A stretch of DNA of 64,000 nt from Myxococcota bacterium (GCA_965140415.1 OZ223209.1:5728001-5792000); one strand, 5' to 3'; shown: positions 18,858 through 29,094, counted from the stretch's first letter. Notes: a model not told the origin generated them from the letters alone. Translations and numbers: made by a program.

Positions 18858-19430
18858 CCTTCGCCTAAAGGCGAAGGATTTATGGGTGGTCGTTCAACGG
18901 CGTGACGACTCAAGTCGTCACGCATCTTCGCCCTCAACTCTGAAATTGGCTCCACCGTCCGGCGGTTCCCCTTCTTCCTGCAATCGGATATATTCCTGAA
19001 TCGTCTCATCCGTCACATTACCGCTGCTCGCAACAAAGTAGCCTCGCGCCCACAAATGACGACCCCAGAAAGCTTTTTGCACGTGCTTGAACTCCATCAT
19101 CAGTTTCCGTGACGATTTTCCTTTGATCTTCTGCATGATCTTGCTTGGAGACAAATTCGGAGGACACGACACGAACAGATGAACGTGATCTTTGGCTACA
19201 TGCCCTTGCAGTATTTCGATCTCATTCGCCTTGCAAACTTCAATTACCAAATCCCTTAGTCGCTTGCCTACCGCGCCGGAAAGAATGGGTTTCCGATACT
19301 TCGTTATCCAAACAAAGTGATACTTCAGGTCGAAACGCGAATGCGAACTGGTGCGATATTTCTCCATGACAAAGACATTATCACGCTCAATTGAAAAACC
19401 TCAAGGTTTCGCCTAAAGGCGAGGGATTTA
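18858..19430 (-). mobile_element. IS200-type insertion sequence (tnpA only); ends approximate
   Basis: Nearly identical subterminal hairpins TTCGCC-TAAA-GGCGA(A/G)GGATTTA at about 18860 and 19408 flank a Y1 transposase. Confidence 0.88.
18918..19367 (-). CDS. tnpA: IS200/IS605 family Y1 (HuH) transposase
   Basis: YHFVWITKYRK, DHVHL (HuH), KGKSSR, LWARGYF, YIRLQ catalytic Tyr. Confidence 0.96.
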   Translation of the reverse strand: MEKYRTSSHSRFDLKYHFVWITKYRKPILSGAVGKRLRDLVIEVCKANEIEILQGHVAKDHVHLFVSCPPNLSPSKIMQKIKGKSSRKLMMEFKHVQKAFWGRHLWARGYFVASSGNVTDETIQEYIRLQEEGEPPDGGANFRVEGEDA

Positions 19431-19482
19431 AACCCATCGACTGACATTAATCTGCTTTTCTCTTTGCTTTTCCCGTATTTGC

Positions 19483-19510
19483 TTGACAAACGAAGCGCGA
19501 TATATATGAT
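19483..19510 (+). promoter_or_regulatory. Putative sigma70 promoter of the yceD-rpmF operon
   Basis: TTGACA-N16-TATGAT. Confidence 0.5.
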
Positions 19511-19562
19511 TAATCGCCTTCTCGGGCCTAGCGCCCGAAAATGGATGTAAGGAGACGCGGAC

Positions 19563-20117
19563 ATGATCATCCGCCTGACCGAAATACCCGAGCGGGGGCT
19601 GGAGATCAAGGAAAGCCGTTCGCTGGACTGGCTGCGCGAGCAGATGCAGAGCGAGGGCTTTGATGTCATGTGGCCCGCCTCCAATATTGAACTGGATCTC
19701 AAACTGATCCGGCACAAGCGCCAGGTGCGTTTGACCGGAAAAATGCGTTTGCAAGCGGCTTATCTCTGCTCGAAGTGCGGCAAGCAGTTCGAACGTGAGA
19801 TCAAGATCGCTTTACAGGAACTGTTCCTGCCCAGCGACAGCTTCGGCGATCCGGGGGTTCGTACACTGGATCTACAGGAGGAAGATTTCCAGAATTCGCT
19901 ATATAGCGAAGATGAAATCAACCTCGGACGCTACCTGGCGGAATCGGTTTTATTGGAAATGCAGGATTATCCTCGTTGCGAGGCTCCCGAATGCAATACC
20001 GAAAACCCCGTCACATACGGGGAAGATTGGGATGTCGATGAGCGAGAGCTGCGGCGCAATCCGGATTGGCAGCGCCAGTTGCAACGAGTGAACTTGAAAA
20101 TGAACGGAAAGAATTGA
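19563..20117 (+). CDS. yceD: DUF177/YceD family protein
   Basis: CxxC (CSKC), EINLG..L.E.VLL..P.C motif; directly upstream of rpmF. Confidence 0.85.
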   Translation: MIIRLTEIPERGLEIKESRSLDWLREQMQSEGFDVMWPASNIELDLKLIRHKRQVRLTGKMRLQAAYLCSKCGKQFEREIKIALQELFLPSDSFGDPGVRTLDLQEEDFQNSLYSEDEINLGRYLAESVLLEMQDYPRCEAPECNTENPVTYGEDWDVDERELRRNPDWQRQLQRVNLKMNGKN

Positions 20118-20148
20118 ATCACCACGTTTGTGGGAAAGGAGCGGAGAA

Positions 20149-20331
20149 GTGGCTGTCCCAAAGAAAGCAAAATCGAAAAGTCGCCGTGACATGCGTCGTT
20201 CGCACCAGGCGCTGACCAAATCCACGACCATCAACTGCCCCAACTGCGGCGAAGCCAAGCTGCCGCATCGTGTCTGCCAGAGCTGCGGTCACTACAAGGG
20301 CCGTGAAATCATCCAGATGGAAGAGGATTAG
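20149..20331 (+). CDS. rpmF: 50S ribosomal protein L32 (Zn-ribbon type)
   Basis: GTG start; [36 protein letters not shown]. Confidence 0.97.
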   Translation: MAVPKKAKSKSRRDMRRSHQALTKSTTINCPNCGEAKLPHRVCQSCGHYKGREIIQMEED

Positions 20332-20372
20332 TTTAGGCTGAATTCTTGTACGCTGCGCTTTAGGAGCTACAG

Positions 20373-20810
20373 ATGATAGCAATCGCAAGCGACCATGGCG
20401 GATACGAACTCAAGCAGTTGATCGGGCAATGGCTGGCAGAGCGGGGTCTGGAAGTTACCGACCACGGATGCGTGGACGGTGAATCCGTCGATTATCCCGA
20501 TTACGCCGCCAAAGTGGCCCAGGATGTTGCTGCCGGTCGGGCTCAAAAAGGTGTATTGGTTTGCGGCACCGGCATCGGCATGTCCATCGCCGCCAACAAG
20601 TTTCCTGGTATTCGTGCAACGCTGGTTCACGATGAATTCACCGCGCGCATGAGCCGCATGCACAACGACAGCAATGTGCTGGTGTTGGGCGGACGTGTGC
20701 TGGGCGTGGAAACCGCCAAGGGAATTCTGGATGTGTGGCTGAACACCGAATACGAAGGTGGCCGTCATCAACGACGCCTGGATCGAATCGGCAGTTTCGA
20801 AAAGCCTTAG
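20373..20810 (+). CDS. rpiB: Ribose-5-phosphate isomerase B
   Basis: SDHGG, DYPD, CGTGIGMSIAANK, HNDSNVL, GGRH..R. Confidence 0.96.
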   Translation: MIAIASDHGGYELKQLIGQWLAERGLEVTDHGCVDGESVDYPDYAAKVAQDVAAGRAQKGVLVCGTGIGMSIAANKFPGIRATLVHDEFTARMSRMHNDSNVLVLGGRVLGVETAKGILDVWLNTEYEGGRHQRRLDRIGSFEKP

Positions 20811-20873
20811 ATTCATTGGGAATCTTGGGTTGCGTCGCCGTGTGACGTTCTTTGTTCGACAAGGACGGTATGC

Positions 20874-21371
20874 ATGAAATGCCCTCATTGCGGAGAGACC
20901 AGCAGTTCGGTCGTGGATTCCCGGCTAACCCGGGAAGGGCGGGAAATTCGGCGACGCCGTGAGTGCGAGCATTGCAAACAACGATTCACGACGTATGAAC
21001 GCATCGAAGAACGCGAAGTGCTGGTCGTCAAAAAAGATGGCCGCCGCGAACCCTTCAATCGCGATAAAATCCGTTCCGGATTGTACAAAGCCTGCGAAAA
21101 AATCCCAATCGCCAGTGATGCCATCGAACAGTCCGCCATTCGCGTGGCGCGACGTGTATCCGATCTGAACAAGCTGGAAGTCGCAAGCGACGTTGTTGGT
21201 CGCTTCGTGATGGAAGAGCTGTTTCAGCTCGATGAAGTTGCCTATCTGCGATTTGCTTCCGTGTATCTGCGCTTTCAGGATATCTCGGAATTCACAAGTA
21301 AAATCGAAGAATTGCGGCGAATGAAGAAAAATCAGGCAAAAAAGAAAGCCGAAGCAAACGAGAAACCGTAA
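20874..21371 (+). CDS. nrdR: Transcriptional repressor NrdR
   Basis: MKCPHC, IRRRREC..C..RFTTYE, ATP cone, AYLRFASVY. Confidence 0.97.
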   Translation: MKCPHCGETSSSVVDSRLTREGREIRRRRECEHCKQRFTTYERIEEREVLVVKKDGRREPFNRDKIRSGLYKACEKIPIASDAIEQSAIRVARRVSDLNKLEVASDVVGRFVMEELFQLDEVAYLRFASVYLRFQDISEFTSKIEELRRMKKNQAKKKAEANEKP

Positions 21372-21401
21372 TCCCCAGTTCCTTCATTAGTAAAGATCGC
21401 C

Positions 21402-22529
21402 ATGCGCCCTCATGATCACCGCTACGATACCGAAATGATGTCCCGCGCGTTGCGGCTGGCGCGACGTGGCGCGGGTTTCGTATCCCCCAATCCAATGGTG
21501 GGAGCCGTAGTCGTTGAAGACGGCAAAGTCATTGCGGAAGGGTATCACCACCAGGTCGGACAGGATCACGCCGAAGTCGATGCCTTGAAAAAGATCGATT
21601 TCAAGGCCAAGGGCTGCGATATGTACGTCAGCCTGGAACCCTGTAATCACGAAGGTCGCACTCCGCCCTGCACCAGCGCCATTATCCGCTCCGGCGTGCG
21701 CACGGTGCATGTCGCCATGGTCGATCCCAATCCGCTGGTGGCGGGTACGGGTATCGAGCGGCTGCGGCAGGCGGGCATTCAGGTGGAAGTCGGTTTACTG
21801 GAGCAACGCGCCCGGCAGTTGAACGAAGTCTTTTTGACCTACATTTCCACCAAGCGACCCTTCGTGCACGCCAAGGCGGCGATTTCGCTGGATGGCAAGA
21901 TCGCCACCCGCACCGGCGACAGCGGCCAGCATTCCGGCGGTATCAGCGGCGAGGCAGCGCATCGCTACGTGCAGACCCTGCGCAAAAACCTGGATGCCAT
22001 CCTGGTGGGCGCGGGAACGGTACTGGCGGACAATCCGCGCTTGACCTATCGCGGAGCGGGACGCGCCCGGCAGCCGTTGCGCATCGTATTGGACGGAGAA
22101 GGCTTGACCGATCCGGGTGCACGCATCTATGATGTGGGCCTGGCACCGACGTTGGTAGCCACCACACGTACCTCTCGTACCGACTGGCGTAAGAATTTGC
22201 AGGCTCGTGGTGTGGATGTACTCGTATTTGCTGCGAAAAAAGGATTTTTGGATATCGGCGACCTGCTGGACGATCTTGGGCGCGAGCAGGTATCCTCGGT
22301 GCTAGTCGAGGGCGGTTCGGGTGTTTTAGAGCAGTTCGTGTCGCATAATGCGGTGGATCGCTTCGATATTATCCTGGCCCCGATGCTGATCGGCGGGCAG
22401 AGCATCCCCATGATCGGGGGTGTGGGCGTCGAAAAGGTAACCCAGGCCTATCGTATGCAGCAGATGAGCTTCCGCAAACTCGGCAGCGATATTTTAGTGA
22501 CCGCTTACCCGCAGAAAGGAGCCCGCTAG
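21402..22529 (+). CDS. ribD: Riboflavin biosynthesis deaminase/reductase RibD
   Basis: PNPMVGAV, HAE, LEPCNHEGRTPPC, SLDGKIA, VEGG. Confidence 0.97.
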   Translation: MRPHDHRYDTEMMSRALRLARRGAGFVSPNPMVGAVVVEDGKVIAEGYHHQVGQDHAEVDALKKIDFKAKGCDMYVSLEPCNHEGRTPPCTSAIIRSGVRTVHVAMVDPNPLVAGTGIERLRQAGIQVEVGLLEQRARQLNEVFLTYISTKRPFVHAKAAISLDGKIATRTGDSGQHSGGISGEAAHRYVQTLRKNLDAILVGAGTVLADNPRLTYRGAGRARQPLRIVLDGEGLTDPGARIYDVGLAPTLVATTRTSRTDWRKNLQARGVDVLVFAAKKGFLDIGDLLDDLGREQVSSVLVEGGSGVLEQFVSHNAVDRFDIILAPMLIGGQSIPMIGGVGVEKVTQAYRMQQMSFRKLGSDILVTAYPQKGAR

Positions 22530-23165
22530 ATGTTTACCGGACTGATCGAAGACATCGGCACCTTGCATGGCGTACAGCGGGGAAGCGAAGGATTGCGCAT
22601 CGAAATCGACACCCAGCTTCCGGTGGATGAAATCGCCATTGGCGATTCGGTGGCCTGCGATGGTGCCTGCTTGACGGTCGTGGCCAAGCAACCCGGTCGC
22701 TTTACGGCGGAATTGTCGCACGAAACCGTTGCGCGTACGAGTTGGAAAGAGGCGACAATCGGGCGCAAGATCAACCTGGAGCGGGCGTTACGGCTGGGCG
22801 ATCGGTTGGGTGGACATATTGTGTCCGGTCACGTGGACGGTGTCGGGCATCTGTCGCGGCGCACACAGCGCGGACAGGCCACGGACTTAGTTATCCACTG
22901 TGATTCCAATGTGTTGCGATATGTCGTAGAAAAAGGTTCCATCGCCATCGACGGCATCAGCCTCACAGTCAATGCAGTTGACGAGTATGGATTTACGGTT
23001 ACATTGATTTCGCACACCCAGCAAAAAACCACCCTGATCGACAAGCGCCAGGGACAACAGGTGAATCTGGAATGTGATATTGTTGGAAAATACATCGAGA
23101 AGCTCATCAGCAAACATGGTAAGATCGACCGATCTTTTCTAGCTGAGAACGGTTTTCTGAAATAG
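22530..23165 (+). CDS. ribE: Riboflavin synthase (alpha)
   Basis: MFTGLIE, GACLTV, NLERAL, GGHIVSGHVDG, GISLTVN. Confidence 0.97.
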   Translation: MFTGLIEDIGTLHGVQRGSEGLRIEIDTQLPVDEIAIGDSVACDGACLTVVAKQPGRFTAELSHETVARTSWKEATIGRKINLERALRLGDRLGGHIVSGHVDGVGHLSRRTQRGQATDLVIHCDSNVLRYVVEKGSIAIDGISLTVNAVDEYGFTVTLISHTQQKTTLIDKRQGQQVNLECDIVGKYIEKLISKHGKIDRSFLAENGFLK

Positions 23166-23182
23166 GGTTCAAGGAGAAGAAG

Positions 23183-24466
23183 ATGAACGCGAGCAAAGTC
23201 GAAGCCGCAATGGAGCGTCTGCGCCAGGGCAAAATGATCATCATGGTTGATGATGAAGATCGCGAAAACGAGGGCGATCTGGTCTGCGCCGCCCAATTCG
23301 CCACCCCGGAAAATATCAATTTCATGGCGACTCACGGACGCGGTCTGATCTGTCTTTCGCTGGATCGCAAACAGGCGCGTCAGGTCGGTTTGTCGCTGAT
23401 GGTCTCGCGTGAACGCAACTCGGCCCGCTTCGGCACGAACTTCACGATCAGCATCGAAGCTCGCGAGGGTGTCACCACCGGCATCAGCGCCTTCGATCGC
23501 TCCACAACGATTTTAACCGCCATCAAAGACGATGCCACCCCGGACGACATCGTGTCTCCCGGCCACGTTTTCCCGATTATCGCCAGAGACGGCGGCGTAC
23601 TGGTGCGCACCGGACAAACGGAAGGCTCGGTGGATCTGGTGCGGTTGGCGGGTTTGAAACCGGCTGGCGTGATCTGCGAAATCATGAATGAAGACGGCAC
23701 CATGGCGCGTCGTCCACAGTTGGAAGTGTTCGCGAAAGAGCATGATATGCTCATCGTTTCGGTGGCGGAAATCATCGCCTACCGCATGCGCTACGATTCC
23801 CTGATCCGACGTGCGGCGGAATCCATCCTGCCCACTCAATTCGGCGGAGATTTCAAGGTAATCGCCTATGAAAACGACGTCGACCAGCAGGTGCACATGG
23901 CGCTGGTAAAGGGTGAGGTCGATGACGGCGAGCCGGTATTGGTGCGGGTGCACAGCGAATGCATGACCGGCGACATCTTCGGCAGCTTGCGTTGCGATTG
24001 CGGTCCGCAATTGCAGGAAGCGATGCGCATGGTCGAGCGGGAAGGTCGCGGCGTGGTTCTGTACCTGCGCCAGGAAGGACGCGGGATCGGAATCGTCAAC
24101 AAGCTGAAAGCCTATCACCTTCAGGAAGAAGGCGCGGATACGGTGGAAGCCAACCTGAAACTCGGTTTCAAGGAAGACTTGCGCGACTACGGCATCGGAG
24201 CGCAAATTCTGGCGGATCTAGGCCTGAAACAACTCCGCTTAATGACGAACAACCCCAAGAAAGTCATCGGTCTGGAAGGCTACGGAATGCGCGTGGTCGA
24301 GCGTGTGCCGATCGAGCTGCCCTCCCAACCGTTCAATTTGCGTTACCTGACGGCGAAAAAAGAGAAGATGGGACACAAATTGAACCTGCTGCCGAAGGAC
24401 GGAACTCACGATTTGAGCGAAGAAGAACGAGAGCTGTATCAGAACGGTAACAAGACGAAGCCGTAA
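23183..24466 (+). CDS. ribBA: Bifunctional DHBP synthase / GTP cyclohydrolase II
   Basis: DDEDRENEGD, RVHSECMTGD..SLRCDCG, QEGRGIG, TNNP.K. Confidence 0.97.
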   Translation: MNASKVEAAMERLRQGKMIIMVDDEDRENEGDLVCAAQFATPENINFMATHGRGLICLSLDRKQARQVGLSLMVSRERNSARFGTNFTISIEAREGVTTGISAFDRSTTILTAIKDDATPDDIVSPGHVFPIIARDGGVLVRTGQTEGSVDLVRLAGLKPAGVICEIMNEDGTMARRPQLEVFAKEHDMLIVSVAEIIAYRMRYDSLIRRAAESILPTQFGGDFKVIAYENDVDQQVHMALVKGEVDDGEPVLVRVHSECMTGDIFGSLRCDCGPQLQEAMRMVEREGRGVVLYLRQEGRGIGIVNKLKAYHLQEEGADTVEANLKLGFKEDLRDYGIGAQILADLGLKQLRLMTNNPKKVIGLEGYGMRVVERVPIELPSQPFNLRYLTAKKEKMGHKLNLLPKDGTHDLSEEERELYQNGNKTKP

Positions 24467-24512
24467 GGGCCGTGTTTCTAAGGAACAAGCCCGATTTTTA
24501 TGGAAAAAAAGA

Positions 24513-24541
24513 TTGATTTTAATGCCTTTGTGCATTAGCTT
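24513..24541 (+). promoter_or_regulatory. Putative sigma70 promoter for tRNA-Ser
   Basis: TTGATT-N17-TAGCTT preceded by an A-tract. Confidence 0.45.
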
Positions 24542-24574
24542 CACATCGATACCCTTCGGGGCAACAGCCATGAT

Positions 24575-24662
<88 letters not shown>

Positions 24663-24670
24663 GTGTATCC

Positions 24671-24707
24671 AAAACGATCTCCATTTTCGTGGAGGTCGTT
24701 TTTTTTT
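24671..24707 (+). terminator. Intrinsic terminator after tRNA-Ser
   Basis: AACGATCTCCA..TGGAGGTCGTT followed by a T run. Confidence 0.85.
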
Positions 24708-24810
24708 GACTAGCGGTCTACTCGCGCCGGACTGACTCGCTATCAACCGCAGTCACTCCGACGTGTCGATTCAATGCAGCCGGACAATTAACAAGTAGAA
24801 TGAGGCGAAT

Positions 24811-26400
24811 ATGAAAGAGACGGCATTTCTTGATGAGATCGGCATTAAAAACATCAAATCCGTTTATCGGAACCTGCCTGTGGCGCAACTGGTGGAAGAA
24901 GCCTTGCGTCGCGGTGAGGGCGTTCTTGCGAGCAACGGTAGTTTGCTGGTGAATACGGGAGCGCGCACGGGGCGTTCTCCAAACGACCGCTTTTTCGTGA
25001 ACCATCCCAACACGGAATCCGGTAACAACATCTGGTGGAGTAACGCCAATCTGTCCGCCGATCCGGAAACCTTTAACCTTCTGTATGCACGCGCCTGCGC
25101 GTACCTGCAACAGCGGGATCTGTTCGTGTTCGATGGTTTTTCCGGGGCTGACAAGACCTTCCGTCTGCCGCTGCGCCTGGTGACGCCGCTGGCCTGGAAT
25201 GCGCTCTTTGCGCGCACATTGTTCGTGCGTCCGACGGAAAAAGAACTCGCCGCGCACGAACCGGAATTTACCGTTCTGGCGGTTGGGAATATGACCGTCG
25301 CCGATGAAATCGAGGGCGTTAACTCCGAAGTTTTTGTAGGCCTGGATCTGGAGACCAAGCGTATTCTGATCATCGGTTCCATGTATGCAGGGGAAATCAA
25401 AAAGGCCATTTTCACCGTCATGAACTACCTGCTGCCCATGCGGCATCAGTTGATGACCATGCACTGCTCGGCCAATATCGGTCAGGATGACAGCGTGGCG
25501 TTGTTCTTCGGTTTATCCGGTACTGGAAAAACCACGCTCTCCGCCGATCCGACCCGCCGCCTGATCGGCGACGACGAGCATGGCTGGAGCGATAACGGCG
25601 TCTTCAACTTCGAAGGTGGCTGCTACGCCAAGTGCATCAACCTCTCCGAAGAAGCCGAACCGCAGATCTACCACGCCATCCACTTCGGTTCGGTGCTGGA
25701 AAATGTGGATTTCGACCCGCACACGCGCGAACCCGACTACGATTCGTCGCGCTTCACCGAGAATTCCCGCGCCAGCTATCCGGTGGATCACATCCCGAAT
25801 TGCGTGCTCAAGGGCACCGGCGGACATCCTTCCGACATCTTCTTTTTAGCCGCCGATGCCTTCGGTGTGCTGCCTCCGATTTCGCGCCTGGATGGTCCGC
25901 ACGCCATGTACCATTTCCTGTCCGGTTATACCGCCAAACTGGCCGGAACCGAGGCGGGTATCGACGAACCGAAAGCCACCTTCAGTGCCTGTTTCGGCGA
26001 ACCGTTCATGCCGCTGCATCCGGCGCGTTATGCGGAACTGCTGGGCGAACGGATTGAAAAACACGGCGTGCGCGTATGGCTGGTCAATACCGGCTGGAGC
26101 GGCGGCCCTTATGGCGTCGGCAAGCGGATGCGCATTCAGCATACGCGGGCGTTATTGAATGCGGCGCTGTCGGGAGCGCTGGACAAGGTGGATTACCGGG
26201 AAGACGAACTGTTCGGTTTGCAGGTTCCGAGGCAGTGCCCCGGTGTGCCGGATCAGGTCTTGACACCGCGTGAAACCTGGCCGGATAAAGACGCCTACGA
26301 CCGCAAGGCGCGCGAACTTGCCGGGTTGTTTGTGGAGAATTTCAAGAAGTACGAGTCGGGCGCAAGCGAAGCGATTCGCAACGCCGCACCGAAACTGTAA
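24811..26400 (+). CDS. pckA: Phosphoenolpyruvate carboxykinase (ATP)
   Basis: TGRSP.DRF, YAGEIKK, MHCSAN, GLSGTGKTTLS, IGDDEHGW, NFEGGCYAK. Confidence 0.98.
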   Translation: MKETAFLDEIGIKNIKSVYRNLPVAQLVEEALRRGEGVLASNGSLLVNTGARTGRSPNDRFFVNHPNTESGNNIWWSNANLSADPETFNLLYARACAYLQQRDLFVFDGFSGADKTFRLPLRLVTPLAWNALFARTLFVRPTEKELAAHEPEFTVLAVGNMTVADEIEGVNSEVFVGLDLETKRILIIGSMYAGEIKKAIFTVMNYLLPMRHQLMTMHCSANIGQDDSVALFFGLSGTGKTTLSADPTRRLIGDDEHGWSDNGVFNFEGGCYAKCINLSEEAEPQIYHAIHFGSVLENVDFDPHTREPDYDSSRFTENSRASYPVDHIPNCVLKGTGGHPSDIFFLAADAFGVLPPISRLDGPHAMYHFLSGYTAKLAGTEAGIDEPKATFSACFGEPFMPLHPARYAELLGERIEKHGVRVWLVNTGWSGGPYGVGKRMRIQHTRALLNAALSGALDKVDYREDELFGLQVPRQCPGVPDQVLTPRETWPDKDAYDRKARELAGLFVENFKKYESGASEAIRNAAPKL

Positions 26401-26434
26401 AAAAAATAGCGTTCATGATTTGCGATTTCGTTTT

Positions 26435-26525
26435 GTAGCGGCGGAGCGTGAGCCCGCCGTTTTTTTGATGGTTCAAGGCTCTGTCTTGAACCATTCGTTT
26501 TCGGTCGGGGCTCCCGTCCCGACCA
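26435..26525. repeat. REP-like arm (family A) plus two further hairpins
   Basis: GTAGCGGCGGAGCGTGAGCCCGCCGT; ATGGTTCAAG..CTTGAACCAT; GGTCGGG..CCCGACC. Confidence 0.6.
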
Positions 26526-26604
26526 GGAAGACAAACATTTGGAGAAGGTCAGGAAACGCTGCTCCAACCCCTCAACAATCAGTTATCAATGCAATACACC
26601 AGAC

Positions 26605-26649
26605 AAAAAAAACGCACCCTCGAAAAAGAGGATGCGTTTTTTTATTTTT
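26605..26649. terminator. Bidirectional intrinsic terminator between convergent genes
   Basis: A-tract, CGCACCCTC..GAGGATGCG stem, T-tract. Confidence 0.8.
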
Positions 26650-26664
26650 GTTACCGGATACGAG

Positions 26665-27783
26665 TTACTTTTCTTCCTGCTTTACACGAAGAATCTCGTA
26701 GCTGGCGGTTTTATCCGGGTTGATGGTCATCACGGCGGCCATACCCACGGAGATGCTGCCGTCGTTCATGTTCCAGGGATCGGAATCCGCCGGGCCGGGG
26801 TTCAGGAAAAGCTGACCGGCTTTGGCACCCTGCTTGACCAGGGTTTTGAAATCGCCCGCAACCGCTTTGCCACCGGCTTCGTGGATGTTGCCGAAGATAC
26901 CGAAGGGAATCTTCGCCTTCGTGATCATTTCAGCCATCTTCGGATCGCCGACGTTGCCCGCTTCAACGGCCAGATCCAGCGCGTCTTTGCCATCGCCACG
27001 AGGTGGTCCATGAGAGAGCAGCACCACGGGGTTCTTGGCGTCGGCGGCCAGTTTGCCAACCAGATCCAGTTGCGGTTGTTTGTAAGCGCAACCCGGCTTG
27101 TTGTGGATGTAATTGGGATCGTAGTAACCGGCCAAAGAAACCACGCTGGCAACACCCAGATCCGCAAAGCGGATGCGATTCATGTTGACTAGGTTTTTGA
27201 ACTGTGCGCCCACTTCGGTCATGGCTTTGTCGAAGTCAGCCCGCGTGTCACGGTTGCCCATGATGACCAGGGTCAGCAGATTCTGCTTGGCCAGCATTTC
27301 GAACAGGGGCTTCATCATGTCGTATTTTTCCGACGAATCACCCGCTACGACGACCACGGAAACACCTTTTGCCTTGAAGGTCGTGTAAAATTCCTTCAGG
27401 TTCTTTTCATTGGCCGGAATGAAGTTTTTGATGTCGGTCAGCACGCCGATAACCAGGGGCTTGGCGGCGTCGGCATCTAACGCCTTCAAACGGTAATTAC
27501 TGGTAATTTCGAACTTTTTGCCACCGACCTCAAAGGCCACCGGTGCAGCTTTGGCGTCTTCGGCACCCCAGCAAATGCCCGATTTAGCAGGTTTGGCCGC
27601 TTTGGCTTCGTCGGCTTTCTTTTCGTCCTGCTTTACTTGCAGATCCTTGATTTCTTTTTCTTTTTTCTCCACCAACTGCGCTTTTTTGTCCTTATAAGAC
27701 TTCTCGCAGCCGGCGAACGCCGTCGCGACCAGACTAATCGCGATCAGCAAACAGATCATCAGCTTTGCGTGTTTCATGGTCAA
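26665..27783 (-). CDS. Lipoprotein, metallophosphoesterase (calcineurin-like) fold
   Basis: Lipobox FAGC; TDIK, AGD, GNRD, SHGPP, GNIHE motifs. Confidence 0.75.
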   Translation of the reverse strand: MTMKHAKLMICLLIAISLVATAFAGCEKSYKDKKAQLVEKKEKEIKDLQVKQDEKKADEAKAAKPAKSGICWGAEDAKAAPVAFEVGGKKFEITSNYRLKALDADAAKPLVIGVLTDIKNFIPANEKNLKEFYTTFKAKGVSVVVVAGDSSEKYDMMKPLFEMLAKQNLLTLVIMGNRDTRADFDKAMTEVGAQFKNLVNMNRIRFADLGVASVVSLAGYYDPNYIHNKPGCAYKQPQLDLVGKLAADAKNPVVLLSHGPPRGDGKDALDLAVEAGNVGDPKMAEMITKAKIPFGIFGNIHEAGGKAVAGDFKTLVKQGAKAGQLFLNPGPADSDPWNMNDGSISVGMAAVMTINPDKTASYEILRVKQEEK

Positions 27784-27948
27784 GCACCTCGCCTTTCATC
27801 TATCGATTGACGAAAATTCCTGTGAATAATCCCTCAAATTCATTATGGAAATGATGACACACCTTTCCGCGCCCTAGTATACAACACGGAAAGGTAGAGT
27901 AAAGCTTTTTTCCCTTCCACCTGCTCTATTGCCGATTCGCTGGCGTTT

Positions 27949-29001
27949 CTAGCGTTTCACCTCAACGCACTGCTCGAATCCCTGATCCGATGGCGGAATG
28001 TACACACCGCTATGCGGGTAGCCATCACAATAGGGAACCATGAGCTTGTCTACATCGAACCATTCCTTCGATCCGTCCTCGCAAACAACCTCATAGTATT
28101 CGGGCGATTCGTCCATCACCAGCTTGGTGCGTCCCAATTCGTTGCCGTCCCGATCCGTATAGACGTTGTAGCCGCTTGCAGCATCGACATACATGCGATA
28201 GCAGAATACTGCGGTATCTTCGCTGTTGATGCCGGTGGCTTCGTAGCTCAAATTCCCGGCCTGTCCGATCATCTTCCAGGTGGAACCGTCTGGGAATTCA
28301 AAGAGATACACCGGGCGGTCGAGATCGTCTGTATAGTGGCTGCACTGCAAATAGCTAGCCGCATCGGGGTAGCCCTTGTCGAAGCAGCTAAGCGTTTCGT
28401 ACAGGCAGCTTTCCTTGAATTCGGGGCATTGCTGCAAATCGCCGACCTGCCCTTCCGAGTCGCCGTCGAGATTGCTCACACAGATCCCGTCGTTGGAGCA
28501 ATACTGGTTTTCCTTGGGACAGTCGGTGTCGAACATGCAGTCTTTGCAGGTGTAGGTATCCAGATCGCAGAGCTTGCTTTCGCACTGGCTGTGATCGTCG
28601 CATTCCTTTTTAATGCAGACACCGTTCAGGCAGGTATGCCCGGAGCGCGTACAGTCGGCGGGTTCGGTGCAGCTTTTCTCTTTGCAGCGATCCTCGATGC
28701 AGTACCAGGGTTCGGCGCATTCCGCATCGGTGTTGCATTCGATTTTGCGGCAGCAGTAATTGGGCTGGATGCAGTCGTAACCGCTGTCGCAGTCCTGCCG
28801 CACGTTGCAGCTATCGCAGGCTTCGCAAATGCCGTCGGTCGAGCAGAGCGTTCCCACGCCGCACTCGCTGTCGTTACTGCAAGCGGTTCCGTCGCCATCG
28901 ATCTGACTGTCATCCGAATCGCCTTCGTTACAGGCAAACAGTAACAGCAACATCACTATCGAACACAGGGTCATCAGCACGAGTTGTTTTCGGCTAGGCA
29001 T
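27949..29001 (-). CDS. Cys-rich repeat lipoprotein
   Basis: Lipobox LFAC; repeated C..D.(D/E)C.....C....C units; DGD motifs. Confidence 0.8.
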   Translation of the reverse strand: MPSRKQLVLMTLCSIVMLLLLFACNEGDSDDSQIDGDGTACSNDSECGVGTLCSTDGICEACDSCNVRQDCDSGYDCIQPNYCCRKIECNTDAECAEPWYCIEDRCKEKSCTEPADCTRSGHTCLNGVCIKKECDDHSQCESKLCDLDTYTCKDCMFDTDCPKENQYCSNDGICVSNLDGDSEGQVGDLQQCPEFKESCLYETLSCFDKGYPDAASYLQCSHYTDDLDRPVYLFEFPDGSTWKMIGQAGNLSYEATGINSEDTAVFCYRMYVDAASGYNVYTDRDGNELGRTKLVMDESPEYYEVVCEDGSKEWFDVDKLMVPYCDGYPHSGVYIPPSDQGFEQCVEVKR

Positions 29002-29094
29002 CCGTTACCTCGCTTTCATCTTGATCGGGATGCAATCGTTCTCTTCATAGCGGAAAGGTGCGAGCGAGTCAAGTTGTTCGCTCGCTTGTTGTAT

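Noticed and set aside
18918-19367. TnpA as a RAYT mobilising the REP families
   Set aside because: It has typical IS200 motifs and its own terminal hairpins, and is not flanked by GTAG REPs.
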